DNA of 64,000 nt from Candidatus Iainarchaeum sp. (GTDB lineage: Archaea; Iainarchaeota; Iainarchaeia; Iainarchaeales; JAZDDZ01), in NCBI GenBank assembly GCA_043809245.1, contig JAZDDZ010000023.1, positions 2,821 to 66,820 of the forward strand, in the 5' to 3' direction. The notes beneath the pieces were generated by a model that saw only the letters and a list, made by a program, of their open reading frames with translations, was not told the DNA's origin and did not search any database. Position 1 is the stretch's first letter; every line of letters begins with the position of its first letter. The position numbers and the translations under genes are program-made. Shown piece after piece: positions 37,069 to 46,070 of this stretch.

Positions 37069-37593
37069 TTAAAGCGAAGAGATTAAATCGTTTGTTTTTT
37101 TGCGCGAACGCCTTTCCGGCTGCTCGTTTGCATAGCCAATTGGCAGGATTGCAATGGGCCTGGGGGAAGCGCCTTTTAAGCCAAGCGTTTTCCCGGCTTT
37201 TTCCTCATCAAATGCGCCGACCCACACGCTTGAAAGCCCAAGGGCCTCTGCGGCAAGCTGCGCATAAGAGCAGGCGATTGTCGCATCCTGCAAAGCGTAA
37301 AGCGTTTCACCCCTTTCACCGTACTGTGCCGCGGAATTCTTTGGGTCAGCCAAAAAAACAAGCACAATCGGGGCTTCGGCTATTGCAAGGGAACCGTTCC
37401 TGAATGCCGCACAGGAAAGCTCTTTCTTTTTTTCAGCGCACTCAACCGCAATGACCTTAAAGGATTGTAGGTTGCCAGCGCTTGGCGCTGAAATAATCGA
37501 GGAAAAAATCTTTTCAAGCGCGCCTTTTCCCAGCGGCTTTTCCTTGAAGCGCCTGACGGAAACCCTTTTTTTCAGAACTTCGAAGAAATCCAT
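37069..37593 (-). CDS. Nitroreductase-family protein
   Basis: Nitroreductase-fold blocks (KRVSVRRF, SAPSAGNLQ, ILPIGYA). The track ORF starts at 37635. Confidence 0.7.
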   Translation of the reverse strand: MDFFEVLKKRVSVRRFKEKPLGKGALEKIFSSIISAPSAGNLQSFKVIAVECAEKKKELSCAAFRNGSLAIAEAPIVLVFLADPKNSAAQYGERGETLYALQDATIACSYAQLAAEALGLSSVWVGAFDEEKAGKTLGLKGASPRPIAILPIGYANEQPERRSRKKTNDLISSL

Positions 37594-37607
37594 AAACATC
37601 AGGAAAC

Positions 37608-37808
37608 TTATTCTGCTGCCTGCAAGTGAATGCATTTTGCAGGGCAGCTTTCTTCCGCCAGCCTATTGCAGCCTTCTTCTTCCAGCAAAATTTTTTTTGG
37701 CCTTGATTTGCCGTCTGCAGCCATCTCCCAGTTGCCAGGGCAGATGCCCGCACAGGAGCCACAGCCAATGCATTTATCGCGCGCGTGAACTATCTTAAAG
37801 CCAGGCAT
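37608..37808 (-). CDS. Small [4Fe-4S] ferredoxin
   Basis: CIGCGSCAGICP plus distal C...CP. About 66 aa. Confidence 0.7.
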   Translation of the reverse strand: MPGFKIVHARDKCIGCGSCAGICPGNWEMAADGKSRPKKILLEEEGCNRLAEESCPAKCIHLQAAE

Positions 37809-37817
37809 AATATTCAC

Positions 37818-38051
37818 CTATATGTTCAGCGCTTTTTTAAGCGCTTCCTTGTCAAAACCGATGATGATTTGGCCTGCGACGTCAATTACCGGAACGCCCT
37901 GCTGGCCGCTCTTTTGAATCATTTCCTCTGCGGCCTTTTTGTCCTGCGCAACATTAACGTCCTTGAAGGCAATGCCTTTTTCCTTGAGGTAATCCTTTGC
38001 CATGATACAGTAAGGGCACGTGGGAGTTGAATACACAATCACTTCAGCCAT
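37818..38051 (-). CDS. Glutaredoxin/NrdH-like redoxin
   Basis: VIVYSTPTCPYC active site and GVPVIDV. About 77 aa. Confidence 0.75.
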   Translation of the reverse strand: MAEVIVYSTPTCPYCIMAKDYLKEKGIAFKDVNVAQDKKAAEEMIQKSGQQGVPVIDVAGQIIIGFDKEALKKALNI

Positions 38052-38170
38052 AAAACTTCCTCCTTTCATTAGAGTTGGGTGAGACGAAGTTTAAATAATT
38101 AACTGCAGGGGAATGGAAAAATTAAAAAATAAGGGAAAAGAAAAAGGGGAAATGAAAAGGCTTAAGCCCT

Positions 38171-38911
38171 TCATTTCGCTAGTTCTGCGTCGATTATTTT
38201 CTTGAACTCTGATATTGGCTGCGCGCCAACAAGAATCTGGCCGTTGATGAAAAAGCTTGGGGTTCCGCTTACGCCTGCTGCCTGGCCGTCCTCGAAGTCC
38301 TTCTGCACCTCTGAAGCCATTGCCCCTGAGTCAAGGCAGGAGTTGAATTTTGCAGTGTCAAGCCCCAAATCAGCAGCGTATTTCTTCAATTCCGCGTCTG
38401 TCAGGTTTGACTGGTTTGCGAAAAGCATATCATGCATTTCCCAGAACTTGCCCTGCTCCCCGGCGCACTCAGAAGCCTCTGAGGCCTTCTGCGCGTATTG
38501 GTGGAAGCTCAATGGGAAGTCCCTGAAAACAAGCTTTACTTTTCCGTCATAGTCCTTCAGTATTTGTTCAACTGTTGGCTCTGCTTTTCCGCAGTAAGGG
38601 CACTGGTAGTCTGAGAACTCTACAATAGTGACCTTTGCGTCTGCAGCGCCACGTACCGCGTCGTCATCTGCAAGGTTTCCAGTCGGCTGCGCAGGATTAT
38701 TGTTTCCGCCGTTGCTTGGCTCCGCGGGTTTTACCGCATCGCCTGCCTGTGCCCCTGTGTCTTTTCCCTCAAGCAGAACAATTTTTGCAGTCAAAGTGTC
38801 AAGCTTGCTGTTCACGCCATTCATGCTGAACAAAAAAACTGCCGAAACTATTAAAGCAGTCAAAAGAATGCTCAAAGGCAGAATGAAAGAATTGCTTTTT
38901 TCCTCGACCAA
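38171..38911 (-). CDS. DsbA-like thiol-disulfide oxidoreductase, membrane-anchored/secreted
   Basis: N-terminal TM helix, low-complexity linker and a thioredoxin fold with CPYC. DsbA-like helical insertion. Confidence 0.75.
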   Translation of the reverse strand: MVEEKSNSFILPLSILLTALIVSAVFLFSMNGVNSKLDTLTAKIVLLEGKDTGAQAGDAVKPAEPSNGGNNNPAQPTGNLADDDAVRGAADAKVTIVEFSDYQCPYCGKAEPTVEQILKDYDGKVKLVFRDFPLSFHQYAQKASEASECAGEQGKFWEMHDMLFANQSNLTDAELKKYAADLGLDTAKFNSCLDSGAMASEVQKDFEDGQAAGVSGTPSFFINGQILVGAQPISEFKKIIDAELAK

Positions 38912-38940
38912 TTAAACTCCTCCTTATTACTTAATTGAAG

Positions 38941-39627
38941 TTATTTAGTTAATTCAGCGTCTATAATCTTCTTGAATTGCGAAAGGCTTAAAACCCCTTG
39001 GTATTTTACGCCATTGATGAAGAAAGTAGGGGTGCCCTGCATGTTAACTGATACGCCCAAGGCAAAGTCTTCCTGCACTTTTAGCGAGTACTTCCTTGAA
39101 CCAACGCAAGAGTCAAACTGCGCTACATCAAGGTTTAGTTCGCGTGCAAACTCCTTGAATTTTTCTGCGCCAATTGAAGTCCAGCTTGGCTGTTCAAGGA
39201 AAAGCTTGTCGTACATTTCCCAGAATTTTCCCTGTTCTGCAGCGCACTCTGAAGCCTCTGCAGCAGAGGAAGCGAATGGGTGGATTGAGCCGAGCGGAAA
39301 ATGCCTGTAAACAAACCTTATTTTCCCGCTGTATTCCGAAAGAACCCGATTAACGGTTTCATGCGCTGTTTTGCAGACAGGGCACTGGAAGTCTGAAAAT
39401 TCAACAATGGTAACCTTTGCATCAGCCGGGCCTTTCACGTGCGCTGCGCCTTCAAGAAGCCTCTGCATGTCATAGTCTGCTGCAGGCGGCGCAGGGTTAA
39501 TGAAAAGGTAAAGCCCTGCTGCGAGAAGCAAAACAAAAAAGCCGACAAGCGCGTAAGTGAATATGTTGGATTCGCTTTCGGGCTTTTGGTTTTTTGCCTT
39601 TTCTTTCGCTTCCTTTAGCTTGCTCAT
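38941..39627 (-). CDS. DsbA-like thiol-disulfide oxidoreductase, membrane-anchored/secreted (paralogue)
   Basis: N-terminal TM helix and a thioredoxin fold with CPVC. Paralogous to 38171..38911. Confidence 0.75.
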   Translation of the reverse strand: MSKLKEAKEKAKNQKPESESNIFTYALVGFFVLLLAAGLYLFINPAPPAADYDMQRLLEGAAHVKGPADAKVTIVEFSDFQCPVCKTAHETVNRVLSEYSGKIRFVYRHFPLGSIHPFASSAAEASECAAEQGKFWEMYDKLFLEQPSWTSIGAEKFKEFARELNLDVAQFDSCVGSRKYSLKVQEDFALGVSVNMQGTPTFFINGVKYQGVLSLSQFKKIIDAELTK

Positions 39628-40853
39628 CCATTCACCAATGAATTGGCATCAATGATTTTTCCCGAAGCCAAATCCTTGAATTTTATTTCACCCAAAAGCG
39701 AGAGCTCCCTGAAGACATACGCCCCATCAGGCTCAACTGTGCCAACCTGGCCCCATGCGCTGTTAAGGCCTGTGTAGGCACTTGCATCGCCGGAAATTAT
39801 TGCAGTCGGAACCGCAGTGATGTTGTAGTCAGCAAGCAGCGCCTTCCCTTCTGCCGAGGAAATGTCTATGTATTTTTCGCTTTCAACTGCAATGCCGAAA
39901 TTGTTTTCAAGTATCTGCCTGTGCACATTTGCGTCATAGCATTCAGCGCAGCTTGCATCAACAAGGTATGTCAGCGAAGTCAAGCCCACTAGCTTGCCTG
40001 TTGAAAGGTCATTGTATGGCGGCTGCACTTCCCTAAGGACATAGAAGCCGTCTGATTCATATTCACCTATATTTGAAAGCGCTTCTCTCATGGAATCATA
40101 TGCGTTTATATCGTTTGAAGCGATTATTGTCGGAAGCTTTTCAATCGAATATTTTGCTATGAGCGCCCTGCCCTCGTCTGAACTGGCTTCGACTTCCTTT
40201 GAGCTATAAATTCCTATTCCTGCTGACTCCAGGTCCTGCGCTGTCAGGGGTTTGCTGCATTTTTCACAGCTGCTGTCTGAAAGCGAAACCAGGTCAACAA
40301 GGCCAACTGCCTTGGCGCTTTTCATGTCAAAAAATGGCGCGGGAATCTCCCTTGCAATTAAAACTCCGTCCTGTTCAACGGAGCCTATTCGCGGCCAGAT
40401 TTCATTGAATGACGCAAGGGCATTTGCATCGTCTGTTTTAAGCAGAAGCGTTGGAAGCCTTTCAATGCCGTACTTTTCAATCAGCTGTGTTGCCTCTGCA
40501 GAGCCGAATTCAAGGCTTGATTCAACAAAGTTTGCGTCTGAAAGCTGGCCCAAGGCATCGGAAAGCCCGCTTATCTGCGTGCATTTTTCGCAGTCGGATT
40601 TCACTATTGTTGTAAGGTAAACTATTGGCTTTGGCTGCGCTTGCTGCTGTGCGTTTTGGTTCTGCTGGTTGCCTTGGGAAGGAAGAGTGGGAGGGGAAGG
40701 GGAATTAAACCCTAAGAGAAAATAAATGTTAACTGCAAGCAATAAAACCACTGCAATGACAAGGATTTTTGCAAGCGGGCTGCTTAATGCGCCTTTTGAC
40801 GCGCCTTCTGCCTGAACAACTTCTTTTTTTTCAACTATTTTTTCTTCCTCCAA
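39624..40853 (-). CDS. Membrane-anchored protein with three tandem thioredoxin-like repeats, each with a CxxC
   Basis: N-terminal TM helix and a Gln/Asn-rich linker. Then three ~95-aa repeats with CEKC / CEKC / CAEC and an ..LPT cis-Pro-like motif. Confidence 0.6.
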   Translation of the reverse strand: MEEEKIVEKKEVVQAEGASKGALSSPLAKILVIAVVLLLAVNIYFLLGFNSPSPPTLPSQGNQQNQNAQQQAQPKPIVYLTTIVKSDCEKCTQISGLSDALGQLSDANFVESSLEFGSAEATQLIEKYGIERLPTLLLKTDDANALASFNEIWPRIGSVEQDGVLIAREIPAPFFDMKSAKAVGLVDLVSLSDSSCEKCSKPLTAQDLESAGIGIYSSKEVEASSDEGRALIAKYSIEKLPTIIASNDINAYDSMREALSNIGEYESDGFYVLREVQPPYNDLSTGKLVGLTSLTYLVDASCAECYDANVHRQILENNFGIAVESEKYIDISSAEGKALLADYNITAVPTAIISGDASAYTGLNSAWGQVGTVEPDGAYVFRELSLLGEIKFKDLASGKIIDANSLVNG

Positions 40854-40897
40854 AACACCACTTCCTTTTCTATTATTTTTCTTTTCCTTATTGTTTT

Positions 40898-41425
40898 TTA
40901 ACCGCCACTATTTATTGAGGAAAAACAGTTTGCATCGCAGGGAATGAAGTTTTCAGGCGAAGCGCAGTTCGAGTCCCCCAAAGCGCACTCACAGCCAGGC
41001 TGCATGCAGGGGGATGACGGGCAAGTTGCGGCAGTGAATGCCGGCTGCTGGACAATGCCTGAAAAAGGCGGCAATATGCACCCGTCAGTGCTGTTTGGGC
41101 CATTGCAGTTGCCGAACGCAACATAATTGTAAATGCCTATTGCAAACAATGCAAAGCTCACAAACATCGCGACAGTGAAAATCCATGAAATCAATTCAAA
41201 GTACTTGAAGACAAAGGAGCCCAGGGCCTTTGAGCATTTAAGCAGGCCGGTTGTCACGCGCATTTTCATTTTGTTGTCAAAGCCAGTCGTGCACTTGCGC
41301 AAAGTCATGCGCCTGAAAACACAGTCAAAAGCCTCTTTTGCAAGCTGCCTGTGCGAAGACGAAACAATGCCCAGAACAGCGAAAACAACCAACGCGATTA
41401 CACATACGACCATTAAAAAAACCAC
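40898..41425 (-). CDS. Cys-rich membrane protein (two TM helices, Cys-rich C-terminal ectodomain)
   Basis: 175 aa with 16 Cys. Two hydrophobic helices. The C-terminal 60 aa are Cys-dense (CPSSPCMQPGCECALGDSNCASPENFIPCDANC). Confidence 0.45.
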   Translation of the reverse strand: MVFLMVVCVIALVVFAVLGIVSSSHRQLAKEAFDCVFRRMTLRKCTTGFDNKMKMRVTTGLLKCSKALGSFVFKYFELISWIFTVAMFVSFALFAIGIYNYVAFGNCNGPNSTDGCILPPFSGIVQQPAFTAATCPSSPCMQPGCECALGDSNCASPENFIPCDANCFSSINSGG

Positions 41426-41435
41426 TTTTATTTTT

Positions 41436-42116
41436 TCACTTGAATCCTTTAATCATTTCCGCGAGAACCTGCGCAGGGTTTTCCGCTTTCAGGACAGCGG
41501 ATGCAACGAAAACCCCTGAAGCGCCGAGCTCAATGCTTTTTTTCACGTCAGCGGCGGAGTTAACGCCCGCGCCAGCGATAACTGGAATTCGCGCAATTGA
41601 GTGGACTGCCTTCACTGAATCAGAAATAATTTTCGGGTTGGCAGTTGAAACAGAAACAGTTCCGCCAATGAGTTCAGGCGGTTCAATTGCAATTAAATCA
41701 GAGGAAAATGCCGCGACTTCTTTTGCGCGTTCAGTGGTTTCAGCGCAAACCATTACGGTTAAGCCGGCTTCCTTTGCGCGCTGAACTGCTTTCTGCACAA
41801 ACCCGTTGTCGCGCTTGTTTTCAGCGTGGTTTATTATTGTGCCGATTGCCCCGGCTTCTTTAACCGCTTCAGGCAAAATTTTCCCCGTATTGGAGCCAAA
41901 TGAAACCGGGTCAATGTGCTGTGAAAAAACTGGAATGGAAACAGCTGAAGCGATTGCGCGAAGGTCTAATGCCTGAACCACGAGTGCAACAGTTGAATTG
42001 GTTTTCTTTGCAACTTCCTCGGCTTCCTTTGCAAGGGCAATCGCCTTGGCTCCTGTGCCTTTATCATAGGTTTTGAAGTTCAGGAAAAAAACCGGCTCCT
42101 TGAGCTTCGGGTGCAT
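41436..42116 (-). CDS. tpiA: Triosephosphate isomerase (archaeal short form)
   Basis: IAIEPPELIGG active-site region and GAGV, in a ~225-aa archaeal-type TIM. Confidence 0.85.
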   Translation of the reverse strand: MHPKLKEPVFFLNFKTYDKGTGAKAIALAKEAEEVAKKTNSTVALVVQALDLRAIASAVSIPVFSQHIDPVSFGSNTGKILPEAVKEAGAIGTIINHAENKRDNGFVQKAVQRAKEAGLTVMVCAETTERAKEVAAFSSDLIAIEPPELIGGTVSVSTANPKIISDSVKAVHSIARIPVIAGAGVNSAADVKKSIELGASGVFVASAVLKAENPAQVLAEMIKGFK

Positions 42117-42291
42117 GAAAGAAAATGTAATTGGAAGGGATTATAAAAAGCGTGGTGAACTGCTGAAATATTAATGAAAAGATATTTATTTGTTCAACGC
42201 GCTTTAGCGGGGTTTTTTAAAGGGGGCGGGCAAATGCGCTGCAGGAATAGCTAAAAATATTTGTCGCTGGAAGAGATTTATCGGGAAACCA

Positions 42292-44175
42292 ATGCCGTCA
42301 AGAAAATACCTTGAAAAACTGCTTGAAACCGGGGAGGAAAAAGGCGTAGAACTTGACAGGCAGCAGCTTGAAAAAGCGCTTAAATTCATTGAACGCAAAA
42401 CAGGCGGGGAAATGCGCTTAGGCGCGTTTGGCTTTGAACACACATTTGAGGTGGCGAAAATCCTTGCATCATTAATGCAGGACACGCAGTTTGTAATCAA
42501 AGGCCTTCTGCACGACATCCTTTCAATAGCATCCATTGGCGAGGTTGAAAAGGAATTCGGCGCCGAAACCGCGAAATTCATAAAACAAAGAAGTGAATTC
42601 AAGCAGAGGCTGGAGCAGGCATCAACGCATTCAAAGCCGATTGCAATGAGAAAAATGTTCCTTGCAATGGCAAAGGACCCGCTTTTTGTTCTCATAGAGC
42701 TTGCAAACAAATTGGAGCACCTGAGGAAAATAAGTTCGCTTGGGGAGGAAAAAGCCAAAAAGCTGGCGAATGAAACAATGCTTGTTTTCGCGCCGATAGC
42801 GTACAAAATGGGAATATTCAGCATTGCCTCGGAAATGGAGGACCTTGCGTTCAGGTGCATTTACCCTGAAAAATTCTCGGAAATAGAGGTGCTGGCGAAA
42901 AAAGAGTACGAGGAAAGGGAGAAAGAGATTGATGAAACGAAAAAAATTCTCGGGGAAAAACTCGCGCAGGCGGGAATAAAAGCAAGGGTTGAGGGAAGAA
43001 AAAAGCACATTTACAGCATTTACGGAAAAATGCAGAGAAAGGGGATTGGCTTTGGGCAGCTCTATGATTTGATTGGCCTGAGGGTGATAACAAAAACTGA
43101 AAAGGACTGCTATGAGGCGCTCGGGGCAATTCATTCGCTGTGGAAGCCATTGGCGGGGGAATTCGACGACTACATTGCAAAGCCAAAGCCAAATGGCTAC
43201 AGGTCAATACACACAACCGTTAGAGGCAATGAGGGAAAGCCCTTTGAAATACAGATAAGGACAGAGGAAATGCACAACAACTCAGAATTCGGCATGGCAA
43301 TGCACTGGCAGTACAAGGGGGTTGAGGCATTCGGAAAACACGACAAGAAATTGGGCTGGATAAAGGAAGTCATGGGCTGGGAGATGAAGCAGGCAAGGGA
43401 AACCGGCAGGCCTGTTGAAATTGATTTCGGCAAGGAAATATTCGTTTTGACGCCGACAGGCGACGTGATAGAATTGCCGCAGGGCGCAACCGCGCTTGAC
43501 TTCGCTTACTCAATCCATTCGGAGCTAGGCAACAAGTGCAGCAGGGCAAAAGTAAACGGACTGCTTGTATCGCTTGACCACGGGCTAAAAGACGGGGACA
43601 TGGTGGAAATAATCACATCTGCGCACCAGCAGCCAAAGCCACACTGGCTGAATTTGGTGAAAACACCAAAGGCAAGGGAAAAAATAAGGCAAAAACTCAG
43701 AATGCCTGTTGAAAGAATGAAAAAAGAACTAGGAAAAAAACCCAAGCTCAAGCTGAGCGCCTTTGAAAAAAAGGTAAGGCTCGCGAAATGCTGTTCACCT
43801 TTGCCGGGAGATGAAATAGTGGGGTTTTACACGACCAAAAGGAAGATTTCCGTTCACAGGAAAAACTGCGGCGAAACAGAAAAAATTGCAGAGGGAAAAA
43901 AAGAGCTGATTGAGCTTGAATGGGGCGACAAAAGCAAAGGCGAATACTCCGCGGAAATAAAAGTCGAGGCACTGGACCGCGCGGGATTGCTAAGGGAATT
44001 GCTTGAATGCCTTAGCGGAACAGGCGCAAAGGTCGTTTCAACAAACGCAAAGCAGGCAAAGGGAAACCTGCTTTTGTCGGTTTTTGAAATAAAGGCAAAA
44101 AACCTCGGGCAGATGGAGAAAATAATCGAGGCAATGAAAAAAGTGAAAGGCGTAAAAGGGGTCGGGAGAGACTGA
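42292..44175 (+). CDS. Long RelA/SpoT homologue: (p)ppGpp synthetase with degenerate HD, TGS and ACT domains
   Basis: Synthetase motifs GYRSIHTTV, EIQIRTEEMH, YDLIGLRVI. N-terminal HD region with LLHD but no ED hydrolase dyad. TGS (VLTPTGDVIELPQGATALDFAY) and C-terminal ACT (IKVEALDRAGLL) domains. Confidence 0.85.
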   Translation: MPSRKYLEKLLETGEEKGVELDRQQLEKALKFIERKTGGEMRLGAFGFEHTFEVAKILASLMQDTQFVIKGLLHDILSIASIGEVEKEFGAETAKFIKQRSEFKQRLEQASTHSKPIAMRKMFLAMAKDPLFVLIELANKLEHLRKISSLGEEKAKKLANETMLVFAPIAYKMGIFSIASEMEDLAFRCIYPEKFSEIEVLAKKEYEEREKEIDETKKILGEKLAQAGIKARVEGRKKHIYSIYGKMQRKGIGFGQLYDLIGLRVITKTEKDCYEALGAIHSLWKPLAGEFDDYIAKPKPNGYRSIHTTVRGNEGKPFEIQIRTEEMHNNSEFGMAMHWQYKGVEAFGKHDKKLGWIKEVMGWEMKQARETGRPVEIDFGKEIFVLTPTGDVIELPQGATALDFAYSIHSELGNKCSRAKVNGLLVSLDHGLKDGDMVEIITSAHQQPKPHWLNLVKTPKAREKIRQKLRMPVERMKKELGKKPKLKLSAFEKKVRLAKCCSPLPGDEIVGFYTTKRKISVHRKNCGETEKIAEGKKELIELEWGDKSKGEYSAEIKVEALDRAGLLRELLECLSGTGAKVVSTNAKQAKGNLLLSVFEIKAKNLGQMEKIIEAMKKVKGVKGVGRD

Positions 44176-44178
44176 ACG

Positions 44179-45324
44179 CTATTCGTAGTGCAGCGCTTCC
44201 ACTGGGTCCATTTTGCTTGCAATGTATGCGGGGTAAAGCCCCGCAATAATCCCGATGCATACAGCGAACAAAAACGCGGATGCAAGAAGAAGTGGTGAAA
44301 AAAGCACTGCAACGCCAAGCGAGTCCTGTATAAGCAGGCCGACAATTATGCCGAGCGCCAGGCCGAAAACACCGCCGACAACGCCGATAAAGCCTGCCTC
44401 GAAAAGAATCATTTTCATGACATCCCCATCAGTCCAGCCTGTTGCCTTCAAGGAGCCGATTTCATTAAAGCGCTCCACAACACTCATAAGAACCGTGTTG
44501 ATTATGCCAATGCCTGCAACGATTGCAGAAATAGCCGCGACAAGAACAACCACCAGGCGAAGGTTGCCTAATATGTCTTCGTAGTCTTTTGCATAATCGC
44601 TTGCTGATTTTGCCTGCAGCTTGTTTTCAAACTTGAAGTTAACCATGCTCACGATTTTTTCCGCGTCCTCAGGGGAGTTAAGCCCAAGGCTGAACTGGCT
44701 GGCCTTGTCCTCGGGAAAGTCCGCAAACGCCCTCAGGTCATCAATTGGCATGAAAAGGCTTGCGTCAAGCAGCTTTGAATGCGTCGTGTAAATTCCGACA
44801 ATCTCGTAACTGGAATTGTCAAGCCTTATTTTGTTGCCTATGAATTTGTTGTAAGTGTCTGCAAGCTCCTTTCCGATTATCACTTTCCCTTTATCGGATG
44901 CGTTAAGCTTTCTTCCCTCAATCAAATCATATGAAAGGACTTCCAAATCAGTTTTAGCCTGCTTTGAGTAATCCACGCCGAACATTCTAACAGCGCCGGA
45001 CATTGATATTCCCGCTGCGCCTTCAACCGTGGAAGGCAAAGCAAAAATAATTGGCACTGCAACTTTTACCCCTGGAATCGCCTCAAGCTTCGCAGCATAA
45101 GACGCGTCAACCTTTGAAAAAAACAAATTGTATGCGCCGTCCTGCAGCACAAAAACGCCCTGCAGCTTTCCCACTGCGCTCTCGGTTTCCTTTAACATTC
45201 CGTCAACAAGGCCGACCATTGCGATTATCGCGGCAACGCCTATGACTATGCCTAAAAGGGAAAGGATTGTTCGCCTCTTGTGGCGCCATAGGTTCAGGAA
45301 AGCGAGCTTTAACATTTTATTCAC
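44179..45324 (-). CDS. ABC transporter permease (FtsX/MacB-like)
   Basis: N-terminal TM, large periplasmic-type domain and three C-terminal TM helices. Confidence 0.8.
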   Translation of the reverse strand: MNKMLKLAFLNLWRHKRRTILSLLGIVIGVAAIIAMVGLVDGMLKETESAVGKLQGVFVLQDGAYNLFFSKVDASYAAKLEAIPGVKVAVPIIFALPSTVEGAAGISMSGAVRMFGVDYSKQAKTDLEVLSYDLIEGRKLNASDKGKVIIGKELADTYNKFIGNKIRLDNSSYEIVGIYTTHSKLLDASLFMPIDDLRAFADFPEDKASQFSLGLNSPEDAEKIVSMVNFKFENKLQAKSASDYAKDYEDILGNLRLVVVLVAAISAIVAGIGIINTVLMSVVERFNEIGSLKATGWTDGDVMKMILFEAGFIGVVGGVFGLALGIIVGLLIQDSLGVAVLFSPLLLASAFLFAVCIGIIAGLYPAYIASKMDPVEALHYE

Positions 45325-46070
45325 TTGTTTTTTACGGGTTCGTGGTTGTTTTGAATCGAACGGGAAACATACTTGCGCGAATTCTTGCCGTCTTTGACAA
45401 TTAACTTTCCGTCAAGCAGCCTGAATTCGTCAGTTGCATATTCAAGGAGGCTCTCGTCGTGCGTGACAATTACAAAGGTCTTGTTTTCCTCCTCATTCAG
45501 CTTTTTCATCAGCGCAACAATTTTTTTTCCAGTCTGAGAGTCAAGGTTTCCTGTGGGTTCGTCAGCAAAAATTATTTTTGGGTCGTTTATCAGCGCACGC
45601 GAAATGGAAACCCTCTGCCTCTGGCCTCCGCTCAACTCATCTGGCTTGTGCTTTATCCTGTCTGTTAAGTCAACGTCAGCCAAAAGCTTTAGCGCCCTCT
45701 CCAGCACCATATCCTTGTCCTTTCCAGTGGGCTCTGTTGGAATAACCACGTTCTCCAATGCATTAAGCGTTGGCACAAGGTTGAATGTCTGGAAAATGAA
45801 GCCAATTTTGTTGCGCCTGAGCATTGCAAGGCTCCATTCGTCAAGGACAGTTATGTTCTGCCCTTCAATGAAAACATCACCGCTTGTGGGATGATCCAAT
45901 GCGCCGAGGATATGCATCAGCGTGCTTTTGCCAGAGCCGCTCGGGCCGACAATTACGACAAAATCGCCCTCATGTATTTCTAGGGAAACCCCCCTCAGCG
46001 CCTCGACAATTGTTTTGCCCATCTTATACCTCTTTGTTACGTTAACCGCCCTGATTATTGGTTCAGCCAT
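45321..46070 (-). CDS. ABC transporter ATP-binding protein (MacB/LolD-like)
   Basis: Walker A GPSGSGKST, signature LSGGQRQR, Walker B IIFADEPTGNLD. Confidence 0.9.
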   Translation of the reverse strand: MAEPIIRAVNVTKRYKMGKTIVEALRGVSLEIHEGDFVVIVGPSGSGKSTLMHILGALDHPTSGDVFIEGQNITVLDEWSLAMLRRNKIGFIFQTFNLVPTLNALENVVIPTEPTGKDKDMVLERALKLLADVDLTDRIKHKPDELSGGQRQRVSISRALINDPKIIFADEPTGNLDSQTGKKIVALMKKLNEEENKTFVIVTHDESLLEYATDEFRLLDGKLIVKDGKNSRKYVSRSIQNNHEPVKNK

